Below are positions 55,760 through 64,000 of a DNA stretch of 64,000 nucleotides, piece after piece; within the stretch, counting starts at the first letter, position 1; the number at the start of each line of letters is the position of its first letter. The notes beneath the pieces are model-generated. The model worked only from the letters and a program-made list of their open reading frames with translations, had not been told where the DNA came from and did not search any database. The stretch is from positions 4,138-68,137 of IMG/VR virus record IMGVR_UViG_3300047552_000255. The stretch is one strand, 5' to 3'. Source of the DNA: a virus. The position numbers were made by a program, and so were the translations under genes.

Positions 55760-58700
55760 ATGCTAGATACATTCTTCGGGGACGTGCTCCCCGCCACAGG
55801 CTTCTTTGCTCTGTGGGACAAAACAACAAAGCAACACCAGTGGTTCGGCTCACAAGACGAGCTGCTGCAACACACCCAAGCCGCCATCGACGGGCAGGTT
55901 CAGGGCATGTATTTCGCCACCGCCGGGTTCGCAGAACAGGCCGCAATCAACGGCAACAAGGACGCCCGTACACAGGCCAACGTCACAGCGAAAAAGTGCT
56001 TCTATCTGGACTTGGACGCAGGCGAAAAGAAGTTCGCAAAACATGGCGCAGAGAAGGTCTACGAGACGCAGAAGGACGCCATCCGTGGCGCGGTGGAGTT
56101 CATCAAGACAACCGGTCTGGCTCCGACCTACCTGATCTCCAGCGGCGAAGGCCTGCACCTGTACTGGGCACTGGAAGAAGCCATCGAGCCGCACCTGTGG
56201 ACCCCCATAGCACGTCGCCTGTCCAAGGTGTTCCGCCAGCACGGTCTGAAGGAAGACCCGGCGGTCACGTCCGATAGCGCCCGCATTCTTCGCCCGATTG
56301 GCACAGTGCACGAAAACGGAAGCGAAGTTAAGCCTCTCCTGAATCGCGGCAGGCTGTACGATTTTGACACGTTTTCCAGCTTGGTGACTAACCTGTTAGT
56401 TGATGAAGACGAAGATGTTTTCGATGCGCCGACAAAGAAGTACGACACGTCCATCAACAGCGACGTGGTCGTCGAAGGCCCACCCAAGTCACTCAAGAAG
56501 ATCATCCCGCAGTGCGCCGCAATGAAGGAAGCTGCGCGGGTCAAGGGCAACGTGGAAGAGCCGTACTGGCGTGCCATGCTGGGCGTGGTCAAGTACACCG
56601 TCGAGGGTGACGAGTGGGCCCACTTTCTGAGCAGCGGCCACCCCGACTACAGCAAGCGCGACACGCAGTTCAAGCTGGACAACTGGAAGACCGGCCCAAC
56701 CACATGCGCTGAGTTCGCCAAGCGTTGCAGCCACTGCGCCGGGTGCGAGCACAAAGGCAAGATCAAGTCGCCTATATCACTCGGGGTTATGAACAACCGC
56801 GAAGTTGAGGCACTTCCAGAAGAAAAGAAACCAGAGGCGGCCAAGCCCCCTGCCCCAACCGGCGCACCGTGGGACGAGTCCATACCTGCTGGCTTCTCTG
56901 TAAAGAGCAGCGGCGACACGCACACCCTGATCTACAACATGCCCGTGGAGTCCAAGGACGAAGACGGCGAGGCGATCACGATCTACGTCAAGGTGCCGTT
57001 CACACACGACATCTTCTGGTTCGGTAGCTGGTCGGACGCCGCCCACACTGACGACTCTGCGCAGGTGTTCCTGCACAAGTGGAACAAGCGGGAAGTGCAG
57101 ACCTACACGCTGGATCAGACCCTACTGGCGAATCAGCAAAAGTTCCGCGAGTTTCTCGCTGGCAAGTCCATCCACACCACATCCCACAAACACGCCCCCA
57201 AGGCGCTTGAGGAGTACGCAAAAATGCAGATCGCATCCGTCAAGGCTCTGCGCGACATGCCCAAGATCAACCGCCGCTTCGGCATGTTCATCGACAGCAA
57301 TGGGCGCATCAGCGCCGCGCACGGCGACAACGTCATCACCCATTCGGGTGAGATTCACAAGGCCATCCTCTCGCACGACCTGCGTGAGACCGCCAAGGCA
57401 CTGGAGATCAACCTGCCGACCACGACCGAAGCGAAGTACGACGCGGACGTCTGGGACGCAGACCTGTACCCCAAGGCGCAGCGGTATGTGGAGTTCATGA
57501 AGAAGTATTACGGCGACGAGCGGCTGGTGAAGTTCCAGCTTGCCGCCATGCTTGGTCTGGCCTCGCCCCTGATGCCCTTCGTGACCGGTGAATACGTGAG
57601 CGGTGAGACCCTGCCCCCATGCGGCCTGTCGGTGTCCCTGTACTCGCAGGATTCCGGCAAGGGTAAGTCGCATGTGATGAAGGCTGTTGCGCTGGCGTAC
57701 GGCAAGCCCTCCGCGCTGTCTGGTGACGGTAATGCAGACACGGCGACCAACGTGTATCGCTTGGTGAAGCTGGGCCAGATGGGCAACTATCCGGCGTTCT
57801 TCGACGAGATGGGCAGCACTCCTGCCAACGACATCGCTGCGCTGGTCAGCGCCATTGCCAACGGCCAGAGCCGTGGACGCGGCACCAAGGAAGGTGGCCT
57901 GCGTGAGGGTGTGCGCTTCGCGCTCGTGGCTCTCATGGCTACCAACAAGAGCGCCCGTGAACTGGTGACCGAGTCCTCCAACGTGAGCAACGCCATCCAG
58001 CTCCGCCTGTTCGAGCTGAACGTGGACGACATCCAAGAGTTCGACAACGACCTCAAGAAGCAATACTCCGCAGACTGGGCAGATGTGCAGTCTTGCGCTG
58101 GAGCCTTCGGTGCTGTCATCGAGCGCACCCTGTGCAAATACAGTGCAGCGGATGTGAATAAGCTGGTGACAACCTACGTCAACCGGGCAAGCGAGCTGAC
58201 CGATGCCAAGCAGGCAGAGCGGTTCCAGTACCGTGGGCTTGGTGCGCTGCTGGCGCTCAACGCGATCCTCAAGTCGCTGAACCTTGTGATGTTCGATGTC
58301 AACGCGCTGATCGAGGCGTTCCGTCAGGCCAACGCACTGGGGCTGGCATACGTGGTGGAGAACACCATGCCGACCGAGGGCACCCACCTGCTGAGCATGG
58401 CGCTGCACGACCTGACGGCCAACACTGCGGTGACACTGAACGAGACACGCCGCTCACGCTATGTGACTGCATACGATGAGCCTCTGGTTCCGGTGCCGCA
58501 CGTTGTGCATGCCCGCCATGTGGTGAGCCACCGGGTGACCTACGTTTCCAGCGACGCACTGCGCGACTGGTGCCAGAAGCACAAGGTATCGTTCAGCAAG
58601 ATGATGCACGACGCACGCCACTCTGGCGTACTCAACCCGGTCTACCCCGGTCGCAAGGTGCCGTCTGCTTCGTTCAACCTGCTCAAGGGAATGCGCGGCA

Positions 58701-58867
58701 GCACTGAGGCGATGGTGACCTGCTACTGCGTCAACGTGCTCAAGCTGGCACAGGTGACCGGCGAGACGGTTGAATACGATGGCGTGCCCACTGACAACGT
58801 GGTGCACCTGAACCAGCCGGAGCCGCAGCAGCCCCCCGAGGGAGGCGATGCTGCCGTCAACCAGTAA
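55760..58867 (+). CDS. Primase-helicase (AEP/RepB-like primase + Zn finger + DUF927-like ATPase)
   Basis: FYLDLD, SSG.GLHLYW, D.ARILR..GT, TC......C..C.H, Walker A SGKGKS and FFDE. Confidence 0.88.
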   Translation: MLDTFFGDVLPATGFFALWDKTTKQHQWFGSQDELLQHTQAAIDGQVQGMYFATAGFAEQAAINGNKDARTQANVTAKKCFYLDLDAGEKKFAKHGAEKVYETQKDAIRGAVEFIKTTGLAPTYLISSGEGLHLYWALEEAIEPHLWTPIARRLSKVFRQHGLKEDPAVTSDSARILRPIGTVHENGSEVKPLLNRGRLYDFDTFSSLVTNLLVDEDEDVFDAPTKKYDTSINSDVVVEGPPKSLKKIIPQCAAMKEAARVKGNVEEPYWRAMLGVVKYTVEGDEWAHFLSSGHPDYSKRDTQFKLDNWKTGPTTCAEFAKRCSHCAGCEHKGKIKSPISLGVMNNREVEALPEEKKPEAAKPPAPTGAPWDESIPAGFSVKSSGDTHTLIYNMPVESKDEDGEAITIYVKVPFTHDIFWFGSWSDAAHTDDSAQVFLHKWNKREVQTYTLDQTLLANQQKFREFLAGKSIHTTSHKHAPKALEEYAKMQIASVKALRDMPKINRRFGMFIDSNGRISAAHGDNVITHSGEIHKAILSHDLRETAKALEINLPTTTEAKYDADVWDADLYPKAQRYVEFMKKYYGDERLVKFQLAAMLGLASPLMPFVTGEYVSGETLPPCGLSVSLYSQDSGKGKSHVMKAVALAYGKPSALSGDGNADTATNVYRLVKLGQMGNYPAFFDEMGSTPANDIAALVSAIANGQSRGRGTKEGGLREGVRFALVALMATNKSARELVTESSNVSNAIQLRLFELNVDDIQEFDNDLKKQYSADWADVQSCAGAFGAVIERTLCKYSAADVNKLVTTYVNRASELTDAKQAERFQYRGLGALLALNAILKSLNLVMFDVNALIEAFRQANALGLAYVVENTMPTEGTHLLSMALHDLTANTAVTLNETRRSRYVTAYDEPLVPVPHVVHARHVVSHRVTYVSSDALRDWCQKHKVSFSKMMHDARHSGVLNPVYPGRKVPSASFNLLKGMRGSTEAMVTCYCVNVLKLAQVTGETVEYDGVPTDNVVHLNQPEPQQPPEGGDAAVNQ

Positions 58868-61800
58868 CACCTGCGGCCTTCTGCAACTTCTGTTCGCGCT
58901 TGGCTTGAGTCTGAGGATACTTGAGCAGCGTGGACAGGGGTTGTACCTTGAGGGCGTCGGTGCTGTCGTTGAACAGGTAGCGCAGTCGGTTCTTGCCTGA
59001 CTGCAAGTCCATCCAATCCTGACGTAGCTGGGTCAGGCTGTCTTGGTCTTTGTCCTCAACTGCACGGGCGTAGTCACGCTGGATTTCCTTCGTGCGGTCT
59101 TGGTAGAACTGCCCGATCTCGTACTGCTGGCTGCGCAGCCAGTCCATGCGCTTCATCTCTGAACTCGGCATGCCGAGTGCGTCCAGCGCCAGAGCGAACC
59201 CGTTGACGTCTTCGGGCTTGAACATGAGGTCGCCGTTCTTGAGCGTGAAGCCTTCGTTGGCAATCCGAAACGCCTTCATGGCATCAGCCGCGCCCTTGGG
59301 CATGAACTTCTCAACGCCCTTGTAGTATTCGCCCCGCTGGAGCATTCCCACGCCGTCGGCGAACTTGCCACCCAGACCAGCGGCAGGCCCGGCCAGACTC
59401 ATGCCAGTCTTTGCAAGACCCGATGCGCTTGAGAAGTCCCACTCGCCGTACGGCAGGATGCTGAAAATCTTGTCGTCGCCCAGCTTGGCCGACATGTCCA
59501 GACCGGCAGCAGAGAGCGGCCCGTGCAGCAGCATGTTTGCCATCGTCTCGTCGCCGATCAGCTCGCGCAAGCTGCGCTCCAAATCTGGCGGTTCCTCGTC
59601 ACCACCCAGAGCGCCGAAGATCATGGACACGAGGTTCATGAGCGGCAGGCCCAGAGCGCCAGCGGCGATGCCGGTGTGCGCCATCTTGTATGCCAGCATG
59701 CGCCGACCGATGGCACGCTCCTTGGGGTCTGAACTGCGGAACGCTTGCTGGAACGCCTTGGCGTACAGAGCGGCCATCATGAACTGGTACTTCTTGTACT
59801 GTGTCACGATCTTGGGCAGCTTCTTGAGCAGGAGCGGGGAGCCCACGCGGGAGAAGTCACCCTGAGTGGATTGCAGCATGCGCAGTGCGTACTGCTGTGC
59901 TTGCTCCTCTGACCTGCCCTTGGCGATTGCCATGTTGTACGCAGCGGTTGCCGACGACACACGGTTCACGATTTCAACGCCCCGCGCCACTTGGTTGAGC
60001 TTGTGCAGCGCACTGCGAGCTAGCTTGGTGGACTTGTCGATGCCGCCGATGCCGGTGCGGGTAGCCTCGAAGTGCGACATGTCTTCGTTCATACCGACGT
60101 CCAGCACGCCCATGTCCATCGCCAGTTGCAGCGCCTTCTTCAGGCCGGGGCTCTGAATCTTGTTGATGTCGAACTTGTTGCCGATGCCAGCGCGGCCAAC
60201 CATGCGGTAGCCGTCGATCAGGTGCCGCCATGCGCCGGAGTAGTCGCCGAAGTCTGCTGCCAGCTTGGGCAGCGACACCATGATGCCCTGCGTGAAGTTG
60301 GTAACGTGGTAGCCGACGCTGGTAGCGAGCTGCCATGCGCTGGTGCCAGCCATCAGCCGGTCTTGGATCGGCGTCTCTTTGTAGTGCAGCATGTCAGCGT
60401 AGTGCTCGGCTACGGTGTTCACTGCGTCCTGATGCTCACGCTCGCCCAACGAGTTGCGGGCTTGCCCCTGCATCTTCTGGAACGCTTCGCTGATCGTGGC
60501 TCCATGCTCCACGTTGGCAAGGAAGCTGCTCTCTGCACGGGAGTGCGCGAGGAACGAGCGCATCATGTCAGTGTCGTAACCGGCGCGGTTCAAGCGGCGC
60601 AGGCCTGACATCCGGGCGTTGTGCTCGTCTACATATTGCAGCATCATGTCGTTGATCATCTTGACAGCGGCGCTGCGCTCGGAGGACTCCATGTCAGGGT
60701 TGATCTTCATGGCTGCGAGGATGTCCTGCACCACCTTGTACGGCACGGGCTGGTCTTCCTTGATGCGGGCCGAGCCCTCGAAGTCGTCGGTGAAGTCGAA
60801 CCGGCCACCGTTGGCCTTGTTGTTTGCCCACGCGAACTGCCGAGCCTGACCCTTGGTGTCGAACTTGGACATCACGTAGTGCGTCGGGTCGGCCTTGAGT
60901 TTCTCGACGAGCTTGTCGTCTTTCGCTTCTTCGGCGTCGCGCAGCTCCTTGGACTTGAGCACTGCGACGTAGTCACCGAAACGCTTGAGCGGGGCGTAGG
61001 GCCCGTCGATCTTGGCGTACCCCGAGAAAATCTTGTCGGCCCCCAACTTCTTGAGTAGGGCGTCGCGCACCTTGCGCATCTTCTCGCCGTGGGCAAACAC
61101 CTCGCGGACCACTGCTTGCTCTTTGTCCGTCAGTTGGTCGTACATGCTCTTGAGCACCGGGTCCACCGTGACGTCTGTCTTGAACGTCGGCGTGTAGCCC
61201 CACTTCTGCTCGTACGTCGAGCGCGAGATGAAGTCGTTGATCTTCTGGGTTCCGCCGGGCAGCTTGTCTGCCATGTGGGCGATCTCCTCGGCTTCGCGCT
61301 CGTAGCGGGTGCGCTGCGCCACGACGTCCTGCACGGACTTGTACCACTCGCCGATGGCGGGCACGGTGTTCTTGTACCGGTCAACGATGTCGTGCAGGCC
61401 GAGCATGGACAGGCCCAGCTTCTTCACGAAATGCGAAGCACTCTCAGCTAGGATGGCCGAGCTTGCACCGCCGACACGCCGGGCGGCATCGCTCACAGGC
61501 GCAGAGATGGAGAACTGCATCGGGCGCATCGCGTCGATCTGAGCCTTGGATGCCGTGGGCATGGTCTCGGTGAGCGTAGCCCAGTTGCCCTTGCTGTCCT
61601 TCTTGAACGCTTCCAGAGCACGATCTGATAGAATGCCCTTGGACGTGGGGGTCTGCACGTTAGGGGCCCCGTCACCGGGGTTGATGGCAATTGACGCCGT
61701 ACTCTGTAAATCGTGTAGCCGACCCATGTCCGCCTTACGCATGTAGAGCACTCGCCCATCGCGCAGCGCAGTCGCCACCACTTGAGCAGACTCTTCCCCG

Positions 61801-63299
61801 CCGAACAGAGTCTTGACCTCAGTGATCTTGAACTCCCCGGTCTTGCCCTTGGTCATCGCCATGAACAGCGGGTTCCCCGCCTTGTCCCGCGAGTCCAGAA
61901 TCATCACGACGCTGTTGTTTGTCTGGATCACTGCGCGGGGTCGGGTGAGGAGGTCGCCCAGAGCACCGATGTCACTGACCGTGATCTCGGGGTGCTTGTT
62001 GAAGATGTGGCGCACGTTGCCGTAGTCCATCACCACCGGGCTGTAAAAACCCAGCATCCGCATCACGGGCGGGGTCACCTGCGCGATACCGGCCATCGCT
62101 GGCGCGTTGCGGTTTTCCTTGGCGAGCTTGGCCCACTGCGCCACGCTCTGGTTCTGCTTGGCCGGGACAGATGTTGGGGGCAGGCCCAGCTCTGAGAACT
62201 TGGGCACCGCGTCACGCGGGTTGCGCTCCTTGTCTCCAGCCGAGCGGTTGTCGATCATCGCCTGTGCGGCGCGACCGTAGGCCATGTTGACCAAGTCCTG
62301 TGCGGTGATCGTGTCGATGTCACCAACGAAGCGGGCGATGGCCTTCTTGGCAAAGTCCATGACCTTGGCGAACCAGTTGCCCAGCTTGGTGTTCTTCTTC
62401 ATCTCCGCTTCCGGGTTCACCCCGGCGCGGACGGCTTCTTCAATAAAGTACGCAACCAGCTCGGACTGCTGCTGGCCCGGCGCAACGCTGGCGTTGCTGA
62501 CCCGGCGCATGGCGGCTTGGGCGATCTTGTTTTCCTGCGTCCCGCTGGTCTCCTGCGCCCACTCCACGATCTTGAACGCCAGAGCCCGGTGCTCTTCGTC
62601 AGTCAGGTCGCCTTCAAGGCCGACGTGTGAGCCAACCTCGTGCATGAAGATGGCACGCTCTTCGCCGGGCTTGATGAAGTCCGAGAACAGGTAAGCCTTG
62701 CCGCCCCACACCAGACCCTGCGCGTTGCCCTTCTTGCCCTTGCGTTCGGCTTCGTACTGCTTGCGCACATCGGCAGGCAGCTCACTGGGGTTAGCCAGAA
62801 CTTGCAGCAAGTCGGACTTGATCGGCAGGAACTTGAAGACGGCCTTCTTGACTGCCTCGACCGTGTTGCCGGAGGGGCCAGCGGATTCGCTGCGGGACTC
62901 TTGTCCTTGGGTTGTTTCGTAGAACGCTCCGATGGTGGCACCGGCAGCGACCTTCTTCTGGTCTTTGGGGGCGTACGCCAGCCAGCTTTTTCCAGTCGAG
63001 TCGAAACCTTGAGCGTCAAATTCACGGGCCACACCATCCCCTCCGACCACTTGCTGGGCCCCTTTTGCGGGGTCGAATGCGGTAGGAGCGGCGCTGGCTG
63101 TCTTGGCCTTCTCGACCATCGCCTTGTAGATGGCGTCGCGCAACTGCTTGGCCTCGGCGATCATGTCCTGCGCGGCAGCGGCGTAGTCCGCGTTGGGGTT
63201 CGTCGAGTTGTACTTTTCGGCCAGCAGCTCCAAGCGCTCAATGTCCTTGGGTTTGAGGTCAGCTTTGGCAAAGCATGGCGAGTTCGAGCGTTTAGCCAT
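58857..63299 (-). CDS. Giant ejection/polyvalent protein, allele B (1480 aa): zincin HExxH + PBECR-like RNase-fold domain + helical body
   Basis: ERAIFMHEVGSHVG...SELVAYF.E; NVRHIFNKHPEI....L..LL..P..V.......V..L...D..G.P......I..VKT.F; Y.PL.RFGDY; convergent with the primase gene. Confidence 0.8.
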   Translation of the reverse strand: MAKRSNSPCFAKADLKPKDIERLELLAEKYNSTNPNADYAAAAQDMIAEAKQLRDAIYKAMVEKAKTASAAPTAFDPAKGAQQVVGGDGVAREFDAQGFDSTGKSWLAYAPKDQKKVAAGATIGAFYETTQGQESRSESAGPSGNTVEAVKKAVFKFLPIKSDLLQVLANPSELPADVRKQYEAERKGKKGNAQGLVWGGKAYLFSDFIKPGEERAIFMHEVGSHVGLEGDLTDEEHRALAFKIVEWAQETSGTQENKIAQAAMRRVSNASVAPGQQQSELVAYFIEEAVRAGVNPEAEMKKNTKLGNWFAKVMDFAKKAIARFVGDIDTITAQDLVNMAYGRAAQAMIDNRSAGDKERNPRDAVPKFSELGLPPTSVPAKQNQSVAQWAKLAKENRNAPAMAGIAQVTPPVMRMLGFYSPVVMDYGNVRHIFNKHPEITVSDIGALGDLLTRPRAVIQTNNSVVMILDSRDKAGNPLFMAMTKGKTGEFKITEVKTLFGGEESAQVVATALRDGRVLYMRKADMGRLHDLQSTASIAINPGDGAPNVQTPTSKGILSDRALEAFKKDSKGNWATLTETMPTASKAQIDAMRPMQFSISAPVSDAARRVGGASSAILAESASHFVKKLGLSMLGLHDIVDRYKNTVPAIGEWYKSVQDVVAQRTRYEREAEEIAHMADKLPGGTQKINDFISRSTYEQKWGYTPTFKTDVTVDPVLKSMYDQLTDKEQAVVREVFAHGEKMRKVRDALLKKLGADKIFSGYAKIDGPYAPLKRFGDYVAVLKSKELRDAEEAKDDKLVEKLKADPTHYVMSKFDTKGQARQFAWANNKANGGRFDFTDDFEGSARIKEDQPVPYKVVQDILAAMKINPDMESSERSAAVKMINDMMLQYVDEHNARMSGLRRLNRAGYDTDMMRSFLAHSRAESSFLANVEHGATISEAFQKMQGQARNSLGEREHQDAVNTVAEHYADMLHYKETPIQDRLMAGTSAWQLATSVGYHVTNFTQGIMVSLPKLAADFGDYSGAWRHLIDGYRMVGRAGIGNKFDINKIQSPGLKKALQLAMDMGVLDVGMNEDMSHFEATRTGIGGIDKSTKLARSALHKLNQVARGVEIVNRVSSATAAYNMAIAKGRSEEQAQQYALRMLQSTQGDFSRVGSPLLLKKLPKIVTQYKKYQFMMAALYAKAFQQAFRSSDPKERAIGRRMLAYKMAHTGIAAGALGLPLMNLVSMIFGALGGDEEPPDLERSLRELIGDETMANMLLHGPLSAAGLDMSAKLGDDKIFSILPYGEWDFSSASGLAKTGMSLAGPAAGLGGKFADGVGMLQRGEYYKGVEKFMPKGAADAMKAFRIANEGFTLKNGDLMFKPEDVNGFALALDALGMPSSEMKRMDWLRSQQYEIGQFYQDRTKEIQRDYARAVEDKDQDSLTQLRQDWMDLQSGKNRLRYLFNDSTDALKVQPLSTLLKYPQTQAKREQKLQKAAGVTG

Positions 63300-63594
63300 C
63301 GAGCAGCTCCGTATTTAGCAGGGCCATGATGAACTCCACGGCGTCCTGATCGTCTTGATGTAAGCGTGTTAGATTGTATTCGGCCTGCGCCCTGCGGTCA
63401 CGGGCTTCTTGCTGGCGCTTGAGGTTCTCGGACAGGTAGTCCCGCTGCGGGTGTTTGCCAGCCCGGCCAGCGTCGAGCATCGCCTGATACGCCCCGGAGC
63501 GCAGCTCCTCCAGCAGACCTTGGACGGCAAGCTGGATCGGCGAGAGCGGGAACCCCGCGCCCTGTAACGCTATGCGGAGTGCATCAAGGCTCAC
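63292..63594 (-). CDS. Small hypothetical late protein, allele B (100 aa)
   Basis: Start equivalent to position 720; identical N-terminus to 439..720 and a divergent C-terminal part. Confidence 0.8.
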   Translation of the reverse strand: MSLDALRIALQGAGFPLSPIQLAVQGLLEELRSGAYQAMLDAGRAGKHPQRDYLSENLKRQQEARDRRAQAEYNLTRLHQDDQDAVEFIMALLNTELLDG

Positions 63595-64000
63595 GATGTC
63601 ACCGTCGTTGTTGTACCGTCGCTGCTGATAGTCTGGTGCACCGAGCCTGCGTCGCGCGATGTGGCGGTCACCACCAGAGGCGAGGTCAGCCCGTGCACTG
63701 CGGCCAGTGCGTCGATCCATGTGTCCACGCTGCCAGACAGGATGTCGCTCGATACCGTCGTGACCGTTACCGGCCCGGTGCCAGAGATGGTCTGCACCAC
63801 GTTACCCGCCGCACGCTGTGTCGCCGAGACAGTCAGGGGGTTACCCGGAACCAGCCCGTGCAGCAGCGCGATTTCGTAGATCAGGTTCGCCCGTGCTTGG
63901 CTGATAGTGATCGTGCCGCCAGTGCCCGACGCGGAGCCAGAGATTGCAGCCAGCGTGACGCCGGGTAGCGAGCCAGTCGCCAGAGCGGAGCCGGTGGCCG
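63509..64000. repeat. Direct repeat copy 2
   Basis: Matches 635..1126. Confidence 0.95.
63591..64000 (-). CDS. 3' end of a second copy of the Ser/Thr-rich repeat protein (partial)
   Basis: Near-identical to 717..1126; protein differs only as SIDDW vs SVDTW. Confidence 0.9.
   Translation of the reverse strand, partial: ATGSALATGSLPGVTLAAISGSASGTGGTITISQARANLIYEIALLHGLVPGNPLTVSATQRAAGNVVQTISGTGPVTVTTVSSDILSGSVDTWIDALAAVHGLTSPLVVTATSRDAGSVHQTISSDGTTTTVTS

Larger units (their letters stand above)
1..64000. mobile_element. Temperate podovirus-like phage/prophage sequence, unit length about 62.9 kb
   Basis: Complete packaging, head, short-tail, ejection, lysis, replication and integration modules; no tape measure, sheath or host genes. 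Confidence 0.93.

Noticed and set aside
63509-64000. Simple circular-assembly overlap or phage terminal repeat
   Set aside because: The copies differ at 16 positions and are followed by different alleles, so an exact overlap is excluded.
1-64000. tRNA, rRNA, IS elements, CRISPR arrays
   Set aside because: None recognised by eye. A tRNAscan or Infernal run would be needed to exclude atypical ones.

Overview
The window is almost entirely one temperate, podovirus-like dsDNA phage genome of about 63 kb. It is GC-rich and probably infects a Proteobacterium, and no host genes are visible. The minus-strand late arm (1-33501) runs terS, terL, portal, head-spike pair, scaffold, major capsid, adaptors, tail fibres, lysis genes, nozzle and ejection proteins, followed by a glycosyltransferase/methyltransferase/Ser-Thr-repeat cassette. 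The plus-strand early and replication arm (34303-58867) carries many small genes, an amidoligase with a class II glutamine amidotransferase, DNA polymerase A, a PD-(D/E)XK nuclease, VRR-NUC, a PrtN-like protein, a dusA-targeting attP with a tyrosine integrase, an SNF2 helicase and a primase-helicase. After the primase the late arm begins again (58857-64000) as a non-identical second copy: 635-1126 matches 63509-64000 with 16 substitutions, then switches to a divergent allele of a giant zincin-bearing ejection protein. The main unexplained signals are: (1) a densely base-paired, GNRA-rich, pseudoknotted non-coding element of about 570 nt between terS and the first early gene, a candidate new large phage ncRNA, plus smaller structured elements, one sharing a motif with it; (2) two genome-wide DNA motif networks, GTTAG/CTAAC next to -10 boxes and ACTACTAGG; (3) a sigma-region-4-like HTH inside an ejection protein; and (4) an iteron-like region. 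All calls come from reading the sequence by eye; no searches or folding programs were run.
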